A DNA stretch of 64,000 bases from Antedon mediterranea (Eukaryota; Animalia; Echinodermata), in contig NC_092676.1 of assembly GCF_964355755.1 (NCBI RefSeq), forward strand, positions 7,169,888 through 7,233,887. Direction: 5' to 3'. This document shows, in pieces, positions 12,671 through 26,000 of the stretch (its first letter is position 1; each line of letters starts with the position of its first letter). The notes below the pieces were generated by a model. The model did not search any database. It was not told the DNA's origin and was given only the letters and a program-made list of their open reading frames with translations. Both the position numbers and the translations under genes were made by a program.

Positions 12671-13415
12671 AAAAAACCCTGTAGCTTTTGTCCCACGTAG
12701 AATCTGTATCTATCCTCAGCGGAAAACCCTGTAGCTTGTCCCATGTAGAATCTGTATCTATCGTCAACGGAAAACCCTGTAGCTTGTCCCACATAGAATC
12801 TGTATCTATCCTCAGCGGAAAACCCTGTAGCTTGTTCCACATAGAATCTGTATCTATCCTCAGCGGAAAACCTTGTAGCTTGTCCCACATAGAATCTGTA
12901 TCTATCCTCAGCGGAAAACCTTGTAGCTTGTCCCATGTAGAATCTATCTATCCTTTGCGGAAAACCCTATAGCTTGTCCCACATAGAATCTATATTTTTT
13001 GTTCATTATCATATAATTATATATATTTCCTACCTAATACCTTAATTTTAAATATGTTGCCTGGACCCCACATTTTAAAGCTTAAGCTTCCAGTGGGGTA
13101 CCCTTTTTCTCATTTATTATCTATTATTTCTAGAAAATGTAACTGTATTTTGTTTTTATTTGAGAAATAAAATTTATTGATTGATTGATTGTTTGATAGA
13201 TTGATATCTATCCTCAGCGGAAAACCCTGTAGCTTGTCCCACGTAGAATCTGTATCTATTGTCAGCGGAAAAACACTGTAGCTTGTCCCACATAGAATCT
13301 GTATTTATCCTCAGCGGAAAATCCTGTAGCTTGTCCCACATAGAATCTGTATCTATTCTCAGCGGAAAACTCTGTAGCTTGTCCCACATAACATTTGTAT
13401 CCTGAGTGGAAAACC
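12671..13415. repeat. 48-bp minisatellite split by a ~210-bp retroposon-tail insertion
   Basis: Unit AAAACCCTGTAGCTTGTCCCACATAGAATCTGTATCTATCCTCAGCGG; the insert at about 12994-13203 ends in AATAAA + (ATTG)n. Confidence 0.88.
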
Positions 13416-14027
13416 ACCCGTCCCCTCCGCATTGTGTGTAAATGGTCATAATTAATTATTATAAAATTCTATTACTGTTAGTGTTACTGCTCGTCTGTGT
13501 GAATTGGCCTTTTATTTACAGTATAGATAAATGTTGAAATTTGGGATTTTATTTAAGCATGTGCTTTACTCTATACTCAGTAAGGCAGTATTCACTAGTC
13601 GTGTGAGTCAATAAAGCACATTTATAATATCTCAACCCAATAATAAGACTTGCTTACACAGTATAAAGCCATTAAATTGGAACATTTTTGGGACTCAAAA
13701 AATTGTATCCTTAAATAAGGGTGTTCCCTGGATATGAGTACGTGCCATAGTGTTAACAACATACTGTATAGACAACAACCCTCATTTATTTCATTGGAAC
13801 GTATTCTCTTTATTATAGTGCAGTGTCTCTTGAATAGCAGTTTCCTCATAACATAAAAGAGGGTTCCTATGTACTGTACTGTAGTATAAATATTTGAAAA
13901 TGTGCTTTTCAAATTGTAACCAATTACAATATTATTATTATTTATTATTATTACCAAAGTATTGTATTTACATCCTCAGACAATTTTAAAAGTACTCTCT
14001 TTCACTCTTCTTTTTTTCATTCAACAG

Positions 14028-14165
14028 AAAATTTTGACCATCACTGTCCGTGGGTCGGCAACTGTGTTGGCAAGAGAAATTATCGCTTCTTTTATCTATT
14101 CATAGTATCTACTACAATTTTAAGTATTTTCGTTTTCGCTTGTAATGTCACGCATCTGGTTCTCA
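14028..14165 (+). CDS. ZDHHC14: ZDHHC14 exon 4 ([25 protein letters not shown]...)
   Basis: Catalytic DHHC motif plus TM3; AACAG acceptor, GTAAGT donor. Confidence 0.96.
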
Positions 14166-14682
14166 GTAAGTACAGTGTTTTTAAGTTATTTTTTAATTTA
14201 AATGAGAAAAATCAGTTTTTGACTGCACATGCATACTACTGTGTATTGATACTGTAGTAAATGTCCAAGTACCATTATATGCTTTTTATTAATAATAATA
14301 GTTTCTGTGAAAAAGGGTGTAAGAGATTGTAAGGGCCTCGTCATGTCCATGCGCTCATCACATTTTTTGATAGTGTAAACAAAGCTTTAGATTTTGATCA
14401 CAAGTATTATAAACTAAGCCTGGCTTTGGTACTTGAACATGCCATGAGCATTCTAAGAGCTACTAGTGACTCTTAACCATATTCAGTGCTGTATAATAAC
14501 TATAAATAAATAATTTGACCGATTTTCTCTACAGTTATTGTTCAAAAATATGGATGGAAAATTAAGATAGGAATGGGGGAAGATTGAGGTACACAGGGAA
14601 GGGTGGAAAGGAAGGTAGGGGGAAATTGTCATATTTTTTACTTTGATATCACTTGTTTATTATATTTTTTTTTTCATTTCAG

Positions 14683-14734
14683 GGTCTCAGGAAGAAGGCA
14701 GTTTTTTAGAAGCTATTAAGTACACACCAGCAAG
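14683..14734 (+). CDS. ZDHHC14: ZDHHC14 exon 5 (RSQEEGSFLEAIKYTPAS), followed by a U12-type donor
   Basis: TTTCAG acceptor; followed by ATATCCTTT (U12 AT-AC 5' splice-site consensus) at 14735; frame is consistent with exon 6. Confidence 0.9.
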
Positions 14735-15366
14735 ATATCCTTTATTAATATCAATAAAAATATGAACAAAATATAGCATATTATTATAAAACACTGTGTC
14801 ACAATGTCAAAAGTTCCACTCAAGAAAGTCAAATATCATTATCATAGTGTCAGGTATCATGTTTGTATTCTGTAAAAATCTACAAAACAAAAACAGCTCT
14901 TGTTAAATGTCTTGACCTCTGTCTGAATTTTAAGGCCTGTTAAAACAAAGTGTTGTTTAGCATACAGTATTGATAATACAATGTCATGCTATGAATATAG
15001 CTAAACAAAAGTTTAGGGAATCTTTTTCTGTTTTCAGTTTTGTTGTGTCAAATATGATATTGATACATACATTAATGCAAGCCTACTATACAAATTTTAT
15101 TTTGTAACATAATTGTAATCTTTTTTTTTGTTTTTTGTTCACCTTTCAATTTTATTTTTTACTGTCTAATTTTCATTTATCTTTTTATTTCTTATATAAT
15201 TTTATTTGAGTTATTTTCTTTGCCTTATCAAAACCTTTGTTTTTATTTTGTTTAACTTCCTTTGTTTTTATTTTGTTTAACTTCCTTTGTTTGCTTGATT
15301 TGGTGAACTAAATATTTTGGTAGATTTTTCTAAAAATTTTTGTGAATTCCTTGACTCTATGATCAC

Positions 15367-15469
15367 CGTTATCCAGTCAATAATTTGTTTTATATCTGTG
15401 TGGTCGGTGTTAGGATTAGCCGGCTTCCACACTTTTCTTGTTTCCTCCAATCAAACAACAAATGAAGAT
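15367..15469 (+). CDS. ZDHHC14: ZDHHC14 alternative exon 6a ([35 protein letters not shown])
   Basis: U12 branch site TTCCTTGAC at 15347-15355, AC acceptor at 15365-15366, GTGAGT donor; encodes TM4 + TTNE motif; 103 nt. Confidence 0.92.
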
Positions 15470-15759
15470 GTGAGTGCGCTTCCTTCCCCCCCTCTAAGCA
15501 TGTCGTTTGTTGCTAAGCAACAGTTGCATTTGTTTTCTGTATTGTGTACAGTGGTGATTAGTAATACCTCATCATCATTATTAACACTTATTAATATAAT
15601 TTGGATTCTATGCATGATAGTAGTAAATTGGAAACCATAAGCTCAGAAAATTCCCATCGAATCAAGTCGATGTTGCCACACAAACAATCCACTGGAGGAA
15701 TCTAGGAAATAATGCATAATAATCTCTCCTTTGGTATCTATTCAGGGGGAACCACTATT

Positions 15760-16650
15760 GATTATATTAGAGACATTTTCCCCATTAAATTAGTAAGGGG
15801 CAATGTTTCAGCAATACATACACCCTATTAAAAGGGACACTTTCCCCATATGGAATAAGGGGCAATGTTTCAGCAATACAGACATCCCTATGGGGACACT
15901 TTCCCCATATGGAATAAGGGGCAATATATCAGCAATACAGACATCCCTATTAAGGGACACTTTCCCCATATGGAATAAGGGGCAATGTTTCAGCAATACA
16001 GACACACCTCTATTAAAGGGACACTTTCTCCATATGAAACAAGGGGAAGTGTTTCAGCAATACAGACACCCCTATTAAACGATCACTTTCCCCATATGCA
16101 ACAAGGGGCAATGTTTCAGCAATACAGACACACCTATTAAAGGTACACTTTTCATATATGAAACAAGGGGAAATGTTTAGCAATACAGACATCCCTATTA
16201 AAGGTAATCTTTTCTTATATGAAACAAGGGACAATGTTTCAGCAATACAGACACACCTATTAAAGGGAAACTTTCTCCATATGAAACAAGGGGAAGTGTT
16301 TCAGCAATACAGACATCCCTATTAAAGGATCACTTTCCCCATATGAAACAAGGGACAATGTTTCAACAATACAGACACACCTATTAAAGGGACACTTTCC
16401 CCATATGAAACAAGGGGCAATGTTTCAGCAATAGACACACCTATTAAAGGTACACTTTTCTTCAGTATATGAAACAAGGGGCAATGTTTAGCAATACAAA
16501 CATACCTATTAAAGGTACACTTTTCTTATATGAAACAAGGGGCAATGTTTAGCAATACAGACATACCTATTAAAGGTACACTTTTCTTATATGAAACAAG
16601 GGGCAATGTTTAGCAATACAGACACACCTATTAAAGGGACACTTTTGTAG
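15760..16650. repeat. ~60-62-bp minisatellite (about 14 copies) between ZDHHC14 exons 6a and 6b
   Basis: Unit ~GACACACCTATTAAAGGGACACTTTCCCCATATGAAACAAGGGGCAATGTTTCAGCAATACA. Confidence 0.9.
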
Positions 16651-18394
16651 GTCCAAAAAGTATTCCCTTTGAGGTTCTATGTACACCGAGTGCTTTTAAT
16701 ATCCTGGCCAATTCCTAATCAGGGGACACAACTAATCATTATTAAATGAAACTGTGTTGGTTCGTAAGTTGTCCCCTTAATTGTGGTGTTCTTTTGTAGT
16801 TTCATATGATAAAAATTTATGTTGAACGAACCCTCGAAATAAGGACATATGTTTATTATATGTTTTGTTTCACTACTATTTGATATTGTATATTTTAAGG
16901 GCAATTCTGTTATTACATAGCAACACGGCCATTGTACACTATTCATTACAAATGTGTTTACACAAACTGCTTCTACTAAGTCACGATTCATCTAGGTTGT
17001 TTATATAGACATTCCTACTGTTTGTTTAAGGTCTTGTCATGGTAACTAATCTAATGTTGTCAATGTCAGTTCACATTATCTACAATTATCATAGGTCATG
17101 GGGTTATAATCAACGACCAAGTGTGAACAGGGTCTTAACAGTGCAAATCACATTCAAGATTTTTAAATGATTGCATATTATTCAAGATTTAAAAAATTCA
17201 TATTATGTTATTTAATTATTTTAGTTATTAAATGCTTTGCTTTTTTTCTTTGTGTATAATTCATACCAAAATCTGTTTCATTTCAAATCCATTCTAAATG
17301 TTGACAATACCTTTTATTATCATTATTTTTATTTGACCTTAAATTACTTTGTTGTTTGATAATGTTCTTTTTACCAGTACGAACATGGTAATATTTATAA
17401 TGTTGAAAAATTCAGCTATAATACAATTTTACTTTAAAATAAAGGCATGGCTATTTGTTCTACAGTAAGGTCCTGTTTCTGCCGCATAAACTAATCGGTT
17501 AAAAACCATGTGAATAAGTTAACCCCAATATCTTGGCAGCAGAAACCAGACAAATTTTCAGTAACTAGTTAAATGGCAGCCTGAAAATAACGGTTAAACA
17601 TTGATTCGGTTTTAGAACGCCATATAACTGGTTATTGCTGAGCAACTTTTAGCTGCAATGCAAAATAATGATTATTTGATTGGCAACCATTGACGTTGAG
17701 TCAACTACAATATAGTAACGTTTGAATTGACCGCCACAGCCCATTGCATTTTGGGTAAATGCTAACGATTTAATCAATGACCACCTATTGATTTAAACGT
17801 TTATTTAGGAGCAAAAATTGAGCAGAAATGCAGTCGATATAAACATTATATTTTAAATCTATTTTGAAATAAACGGTTTATTCAACACTATATGTAGTAG
17901 AAACCTATTTACATGACTGCCTTTAGAATAGTCAGTGAAGAAAATTCAATAAATATTTATCGATGTGAATTATCATGTTCTCTAAGGAAAGCTTTCACTG
18001 GCATGTATTTTATAGTGATGATATACTCGCAAATCATTTGATTTGTGTAATCTATAGGTAAGGCTGCCTTGGGAATAGCATGCATGCATTTTATAGCATT
18101 GACATTTCCACATCGTACTGTAATCGTGTAACCTATATGTAAGGCTGCCTTGGTCGCCAGTGTAAATTAATATACTATGTTCAGAAATCATTAAGATCTT
18201 GTAACAGATATGTAAGGCTACCTTGATAATCACTGAGCATGTAATTTATAGTATATATTGTATTCACGAAAATCATGTAACCTTTTTGAATTCCTTTAGC
18301 ATGAAACGTTATTTTAAATGTTGAAATATTTGTACTTATTCTTGTGTAATAATAAGCATGCCATTTCAACTTGTTTTCCTTGACGGCATAACAC

Positions 18395-18497
18395 TTTGAT
18401 AGAAGCAGTAATAACATTTGGTGCTGTGTGGTCAGTGTTTGGTTTAGCGTCTTTCCACACGTATCTTGTGTGTAAAAGTCAAACAACCAATGAAGAT
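18395..18497 (+). CDS. ZDHHC14: ZDHHC14 alternative exon 6b (SLIEAVITFGAVWSVFGLASFHTYLVCKSQTTNED)
   Basis: U12 branch site TTCCTTGAC at 18376-18384, AC acceptor at 18393-18394, GTAAGT donor; same length (103 nt) and phase as 6a, no stops. Confidence 0.87.
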
Positions 18498-19329
18498 GTA
18501 AGTGAACATCAATGCCATTTAAATCCTATTGTATAGAATCACTGGGCTAATAACTGAATCTTACTGCCCTTGGTGGGCTAATACCAGAGTTGCTCTGATA
18601 AATACAAACAATACAGCTTACCCTTCATTTGGGACATCCCTATCCCCTATCCCTGGCCCATATATAATTTTATTAAAACCAAAATCAATTGTGCTTTATA
18701 ACTGTCCAATCACACTATATTAATCTTCTATTATTCTTCTGTCTGACACTATATAATACTGTCAACAGTATTCAAATTTGTACATAGTCACTGAGCTAAT
18801 AACTGAATCGTACTTCCCTCGGTGGGCTAATATCAGAGTTTCTCTAAGTAATATATTTTAACCTTCCTTTGGGACATCCCTATTCTCGGTACACTCCTAT
18901 TAAAGGGACTCTTTCTTTTGAAATGAAAGAAGAGAATTATATTTTATTTAATACCATATTTAATGTACGTGACCTATCCAGTTCCAGTGAAAGGAACTGA
19001 TCTTTAAGGGTCCTAAATAAAACAAATCCAAACAAAGCAAATTTACAGTGGCCTTTTTTTGTAGGCCATGTCATAAAAGATTAACAGTTAGTGTCCCAAT
19101 TATTACAACCCCTAAATGCTCCAATTCTCGTAATGCAGCCTCTTTAACCTGAAACCCAAATACTGGCAGCCATTCACAAAGCATGACTCATGGAACAGGG
19201 TCATGGGTGAGAAGAACATTACATGAAAACTGTTACAAGAGAACACCCACCGTCAAATTAATCAATCTATTAGGGGACACCTTCAGGACCTAAGAAAGTG
19301 TCCTCTAAAACTTGGTTGGATTAGTGTAA

Positions 19330-19491
19330 AGCTAGTCTGTCTACACTTCAAACTAGTTGGACAAACAAAGTGTGATGTTCCCAAATATGGTAGTGATATT
19401 CCCAAATATGGTAATGATATGACATCATCATGTCTATATATGGGCACATCAAATTTGTTTATCACATAACATTTGATAGTGTAGACAGAGC
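19330..19491. mobile_element. PIF/Harbinger-like MITE copy
   Basis: Same TIR and internal sequence as 29143-29266, more diverged. Confidence 0.72.
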
Positions 19492-19591
19492 GTCAAAACT
19501 TATTTTTCCCCTCGTTATTTCTCAGTTATGTCCAGAAGGGTTGTAATGTATTTTATTGATTTAGTTATTTTTGATTTTTTTTCTTTCGTAG

Positions 19592-19701
19592 ATTAAAGGA
19601 ACGTGGTCAACAAAGCGGCAACGTGATAATTTCAATCCATTTAGTCATGGAAATGCGTTTAGCAATTGTTGTGTTGTGCTCTGTGGTCCCATGCACCCTA
19701 G
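19592..19701 (+). CDS. ZDHHC14: ZDHHC14 exon 7 ([37 protein letters not shown])
   Basis: PaCCT-like NPF..G...NC motif; CGTAG acceptor, GTAAGA donor. Confidence 0.93.
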
Positions 19702-21799
19702 GTAAGATGATCATAATTAAATCAGTATAATTGTTTCTTACTATTATACTATTACAATGGGCTGTACGCTTAAAGCTTACAGTACTGCCCCTTCATACTT
19801 TTATATTTTATTTTTAATTTTGAAATGTTACTTTTCTTTTTCAAATGAATTTTTAATCATTGTTTTTATATGTACGATTCATGTAAATAAAAGTGATTGA
19901 TTGAAAAAAAAAATTTGCCCGGTTCTTCCCTCTCTCCCCTCCCCCTCCCCCCCTTCCTCAGTTTTTAAAGGCATGTCTTTTTAATATAAAATAATGAATT
20001 TTTATTTTTCTGCAACCCGACGGATTGTTTTTATCATTTCTGAAATATTTAGCCTCACTAATCTATAATGCTGGATCTGCCCCTGTTTAGTTATCAGTTG
20101 GTACAATATAATTATGCCGTTCGGAATTGTGCAAAGTCATCTTTCCATTGTTGATGATATGAGCTAGTACAAGTGCATTATACAGTACACTGATCCTGTT
20201 CTATTTACATCAACAGTTAACAATAAATACAAGCTTATATTAAACATTTTGTGTATATGATATATATGTATTGTAACCAATTATAAATTATTCATGCATA
20301 CAAATAATCATACAGTACCACTGTTATATATTTTAGTATTTTACACGTACTGTACAGTATATCATTAACTTGATTTATATACTCCTCCAATGTTAACTTG
20401 CCAAATTGTCATAAAATGTGCTTATAAAATGTAATGGGTCCTCCTTGTAATTTATTACAGTAATATAAAAAGAAATTATCTAGGAGTGTTTAAAGAAATA
20501 TGTAGAGATTATTGACAACATTTGCAATTGCACATCCTTATCAATTTGCATGAAATTCATCAATGCAACCCAATGGTAGATTCATTCCCCACAAACAAGG
20601 CACGTTAAGTTATTAGATCAAAAAATAATTGCTGTTTTCATTTCTCATTGAATATTCATAACAGACTCTACAGTATGTTAAACCCATCTGACAAGCGGAG
20701 TATTAGACAAAATAACACTCTGTTAATTACATATCAGTCAGAACCTATAAATAATGTAATATAACCATTAATTGGATCGATCCATTTCATATGATAATCA
20801 ATATTTTAAGAAGAAGTTATCTAGTCAAAGCCTATTCAAAACTTGCGTCTCGTTGTGTGCAATGAAGCGTGATAGTTAATTACTCAATGTGACAGGTCGT
20901 ATGTTTAGTTTTCTAATTATATAATGAAATTCTACCTATGGGAACAGCTATTAGAGCATGTATTCAGAGGTTCTTGGTTCCACCCCAGAATAACTAGTGA
21001 TTTTTATTTTTTCCACTTGAAGCATTCTCATCAGATTTAATATTACCATTTCCACATCCAATAATCAAATTGTTTGTCCTATTAAGGACTTTAAGATTTT
21101 CAACTATGTCGACTTTGACGTCATTACATCATTTTGAGGTGTTGCGCATGTATCTGGTGGTTTCCCTCATTTACTAGCTGCCTTGAGAGTAAGGTTTACT
21201 ATCGATCTGATGTATACACGTCATAATCTGATGCCTCCGCACTTTAGTGTCCACTGTAGTTGTCGTCATCGTGAGGTGGTTTCCCGAATGATCGTAAAAT
21301 CAAAACGGTGCTGGGTATGACCAACTAGCGTTCTTGTCACCAACTAGTCATCCATTCATAGAAGTACTGATGTAGTAGCCTATCTGTACGGTGACCATAG
21401 AATGTGACCCGAGACATGACTACTGTAACTACGACTTTTAGTTGATAGAAGATTGAAAAAAGTGTTAAGAAGAGTTGTACTGTATGTGGATGTTTAATGA
21501 AATTATGTCAATAATGTTTACACACTAGGCATATAAATAGTAATGTTTGTTAGTAAAAATAATTTTGAGTTAAAAAGAATAAGATATAAGGAAGAAAAGC
21601 AAAGAGACTATGGAGCGGCTATTCCTGAATATACAATTATTAAGTATCGTAGATTTAAATTATAAATTTTAGGCGATCTTGTCAAAGGTCAAGCGCCTAT
21701 AGCCTGCCACGTTTCGATATTCAATATTGAACTTGACCTGCCGTCGAGTGAAATCTAAAACTTGTAATTTCATATGCACCGAGCAAAAACTCGCCAATT

Positions 21800-21963
21800 A
21801 CAGGATGGATCATGCTTATAATAAACTAAGTCTCGTTTGAGGCTTAGGGAGTGGAGTTGAAAGAGTCCCGAGTTACAGTACAACCCTAGCACTACAGTAG
21901 GTCAGGATTGAACCCCGGACCGGGATTAAAAGGCAAGCATGTTAACCACTAAGCTACAACTCC
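21800..21963 (-). mobile_element. Decayed tRNA-derived SINE
   Basis: Minus strand reads GGAGTTGTAGCTTAGTGGTTAA (A box) ... GGGTTCAATCCTG (B box). Confidence 0.6.
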
Positions 21964-22100
21964 ACTACCTCAAGAGGGAACGCATCACCGGTTGATGTGA
22001 ACCACGCTTATGTTCACACTAAAGGTCCCTATTATTAACTTGTCACCTAACAATTTTTCATACATCCAATTATAAACAAACGCTTTAATTTATCTTGCAG

Positions 22101-22203
22101 CTTGCTAGATCGTCGAGGTTTCTACGTTCCTAATGTAAATGTAACTCAAACGGAGAACGTAATACCAAGGGGCGTGCCCGCCCTACCTCTACCAAACAAA
22201 GGT
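22101..22203 (+). CDS. ZDHHC14: ZDHHC14 exon 8 (LLDRRGFYVPNVNVTQTENVIPRGVPALPLPNKG)
   Basis: TGCAG acceptor; SLxDRRG motif; GTAAGT donor at 22204, with an alternative GT 2 nt earlier. Confidence 0.88.
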
Positions 22204-22912
22204 GTAAGTATTTATACAACGACATTTTTGATTGGTTGATTGCGGAATGAAAATAATATATTAACCCACTGCGCATGCACTCTCTCAATGACTATTCAGA
22301 ATATAATTTGTTGGGTTTTTTTTTTATGAATGATTTCTAATGTCAGTTAATTCAGAATTTTTAAAATAAAGATGAGATATATGAATTTGCTTATGATACA
22401 GTTGTCACATGTGTTACATATATGACACTGTATTACAGAATTTGCCTCTGGTACAGGTGTCACATGTGATACATATATGACACTGTATTACAGCCTATGA
22501 TACTGGCTGGCATATGTGGAGATACAGTTCAGAGAATCAGGTGTAGACACAGGTGTTTAAGCACCTCTACAAAGCTGTCGGAAATTTATCGCATAAATCT
22601 ATCAATTTAGTTTACCTTATAAAAACAAAATGAATGTATTATACAAGTTATATTCTGAATAGACTTAATCTTTTTGCCAACATGTCTTTCCTAATTCTTT
22701 GTTTTTTTTATTATTATTCTATAAACATTTTATTTATGCATGGTTGTAGTATAGCGGCGTCAACTCTCTCAAACAAACTGATACTTATATTACACACACA
22801 TTTCTGCTTCTGAGATTGTGGCTATCCAACAATGCATTGTGCTTCCATAAGAAAGGTTAAAATGTTGCTTTTATGTTTTTTTATTAAACGGTTTTATTGT
22901 TATAACTTCTTA

Positions 22913-23035
22913 AGCCTTGTCTACACTATAAAAAAAAGTGATATGCCCATATGGACATGATAATGTCATATCACTACCATATTTGAGCACATCACACTTT
23001 TTTTGTCAAACTAGTTTGATAGTGTAGACAGAGCT
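22913..23035. mobile_element. PIF/Harbinger-like MITE copy
   Basis: Same TIR; TTA TSD on both sides. Confidence 0.8.
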
Positions 23036-26000
23036 TTAGTCAAACTCTATTGCCGATGCTATTTTTGAATTTGCAACATGAATATGTTTATGCTAATAAC
23101 ACTCTCTATTATAAACATCAATTAAGTCGGGTAAATTAGTAAAAAGCATGCCTTTTTTTAATAAACTTGATTAAAAAGAGAAAGAATATTTTGTCCATAA
23201 AATGTTCTTAATAACAAAGAGAGCATCTTGTGTGTTTGTCTTGTAAATGGATTTCCACAGGTCGAAGGTTAAATCTGCTATTTCATAGGCCAATAAACTG
23301 TTATGAGATGTTGCTTGTGTCTATGTTATGTGAACTGATTTACTACTTCTTTTTTACACAATATGATTCTCCAATTCTTGGTATGCTGTCTAAATATGGA
23401 ATGAAAATAATACAGTATTTAATTTATTACCAACTTTTAATGTTTTTAGGAAGAAGGTGGATATATGAACCCATTGTGGGTTCTCAAGAAACAAAATGTT
23501 TGCAAGGTATTGCATGAAGAATGAGAATGTTAGTTAATAGCCTGCGCACATCAACAAACAAGTTATTCATTACGTTTTTAGAATACACAATTCATACAGT
23601 ATAGGCTGTCATTTTAGAATACTAAATTCATAGGCTGTCATTTTAGAATACTAAATTCATAGGCTGTCATTTTAAAATACACAATCCATACTGTAGCTAA
23701 TATACAGAAAGCCAGAAATAACAGTTACTGTTTTTTTAAGTACTAGAGAGAACCCATTATTCACTGATTATAGTTTTTTTTGCGGAAAAATCATTGATTG
23801 ATCTGTGAATACAACAATAGTACATTAATGAATATTTTTTTATTAGGACATAAATATATTGTTAAATACTGTACTCAAATGATATAATTAAAATGGTACA
23901 ATCATGCCTCATTTAGACAAAAGACATCGTTAACTATTTTTAGTACGTTGTGATTGGTTCATTGTCATTAAGCATATCTTCATTTACATTGTACATACGG
24001 TTTATTTGAATGACCATTTCAATGTTCATACCCACATACCGTACTGTAGGTAAAGATCACACTATCAAACTTTATGTGACAAAAAATGTGATGTACACAT
24101 ATATGGACATGATATCACAACCATATTTGGGCATATCACTATCAACCATAGAGATATTATAATATTTATATGCACTACCTTATTTGGGTGCATTTTACTT
24201 TTCTACTTTCTATAGACAAAAAGAACAACATTTTTAGCAGAGATAGTGAAAAACTAAAGTTTTATTTTATCTAATAATATAATAAATATATAATAATATA
24301 AAATAATCATTTCTATCTAAGATTTATATATTTATTTATTTTTAAATACATAACAAATATTTGCTTATGTTATTTTGAAAACTGACTTAAGCAAAATGAT
24401 TCACGTAAAATTATTTCTTAGCTAAGTATGAGTGATAAAATATGATCCTAGACTAAACCTATGTGTTGACAATGACAAAGGTTGAAAAGGAATACATATA
24501 GTAGACGTGACAGTCTATAGTATAAGGCATCAAATATTGATAAGGAATGATTATGTTCAGCAATAATAATATTGATTACTGTATGGCATATATCATTAAT
24601 CAATACAGCACTGTGATGAAACATTCCATGAAGAACTTTAGTAGAATGTACAATTGAGAAAATAATACTAGGCAAGCATAGGTTGAAAGGGTTCCAGTCA
24701 AGTTGGCCCAATTGCATCCTGGTTGATGGTTGATTGTAATTCTGATTACATTAAGGCTTATTGAGGATCCAGGATTTTGAAGTAGGAGGTGGGGGGGGGG
24801 GGGGGGGGGCCAGGTCCTAAAAATGGTGAAATGAAAGACTGAGCTTAATTCGATGTCCTATATTTTGTATTACAATTTGGGAAATTCCGGCCGTTGGGGC
24901 CGACTGGGTCCCCCTTAGATCTTCCCCTGCTCATCATCCAATTTTAAGTTCTGGATGCATTCATCTGCTGACCAGGGTTCAATTAGTCCGATCCCTAACC
25001 GATGTTAGCGACGAAGACATATTCCCTTACTTTGATTTGGGTTTTTTTGGCATGGTTGGAATCCCTTTTATCGTATTAGTTTTCGTACAGCGCTTCACAA
25101 CATTAGGCGCTATATAAATCCATGATATTAATATTATTCAACAACATTTTTCCACAATACAGAAGTCTCCTTTTTTATAGATTAGATAAATTAATAATTA
25201 AATTTCTTTAAATCAAATTAACATAAAAGGTGGTGTTATCTGCTTCTTGGCATGTTACTTTGAGAATGTTTGCACTGGAAACTATTTCGTTTGTTGAATT
25301 GCATAATTTCTATTACTAAATGACTAAAGATGAAAAATTAATGAATTTTTTTTTTTCGATCCAGTTTCTGTCAAAGGAAATAACTATTAAAATGGCAAAT
25401 TAAAAAGAAAAATTAAAAAATATTTTTTTAGGAGGACAATCTTTAATATAATCAGGGAAGAGTGTAATTTCACTCAAATATGATTTTAAATTGAATACAG
25501 GATGTTACAGTATGTTTCTATGGCCTTATCAATATCTTTCCATTGATTATGGCATGGCTAAATACATTATTTTAATGTAATCTCAAATAACATTGTTTAA
25601 TTTAACATAGTAGGGTTTTACCTGAACCAACTGCATAATATACTAATATAACATAAACGTTTGTTGTTTAAACGTGCTATGGTAGCAAATAGTGCATTAT
25701 TTATTCCTGATAAGAATCATGGTTTCTTTAAATTCATAGCTACCCTACTATATATATACTATGGAGATAATATAAGCCGAAGACTAGAGGGCGTACTGCT
25801 GACTAGAGGAGCAACCAACAATATGGCGGCCATGAATCTGAAAAAATATTCAGTGTATCAAATAATACATTAAAAACCACATAATGTAGAATGCGTTCAC
25901 GTTTATAGTCTCAATACGCTGCATTGTGTATTGTACGTGAGAATTTAAAGAATACTCATGCTGTCTATGCTCAACACAGACGTAGTAGTGCGTGACTGCG

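Noticed and set aside
12549-13449. Repetitive ORFs and a CRISPR-like appearance
   Set aside because: Head-to-tail 48-bp minisatellite without unique spacers, inside a eukaryotic intron, with no cas genes.
15317-15640. 107-aa standalone membrane-protein ORF
   Set aside because: Only 15367-15469 is coding (ZDHHC14 exon 6a); the rest is intron read-through.
14735-19591. Possible third exon-6 variant
   Set aside because: Scanning by eye, I found no additional TCCTTRAC branch site with a TTNED-like exon.
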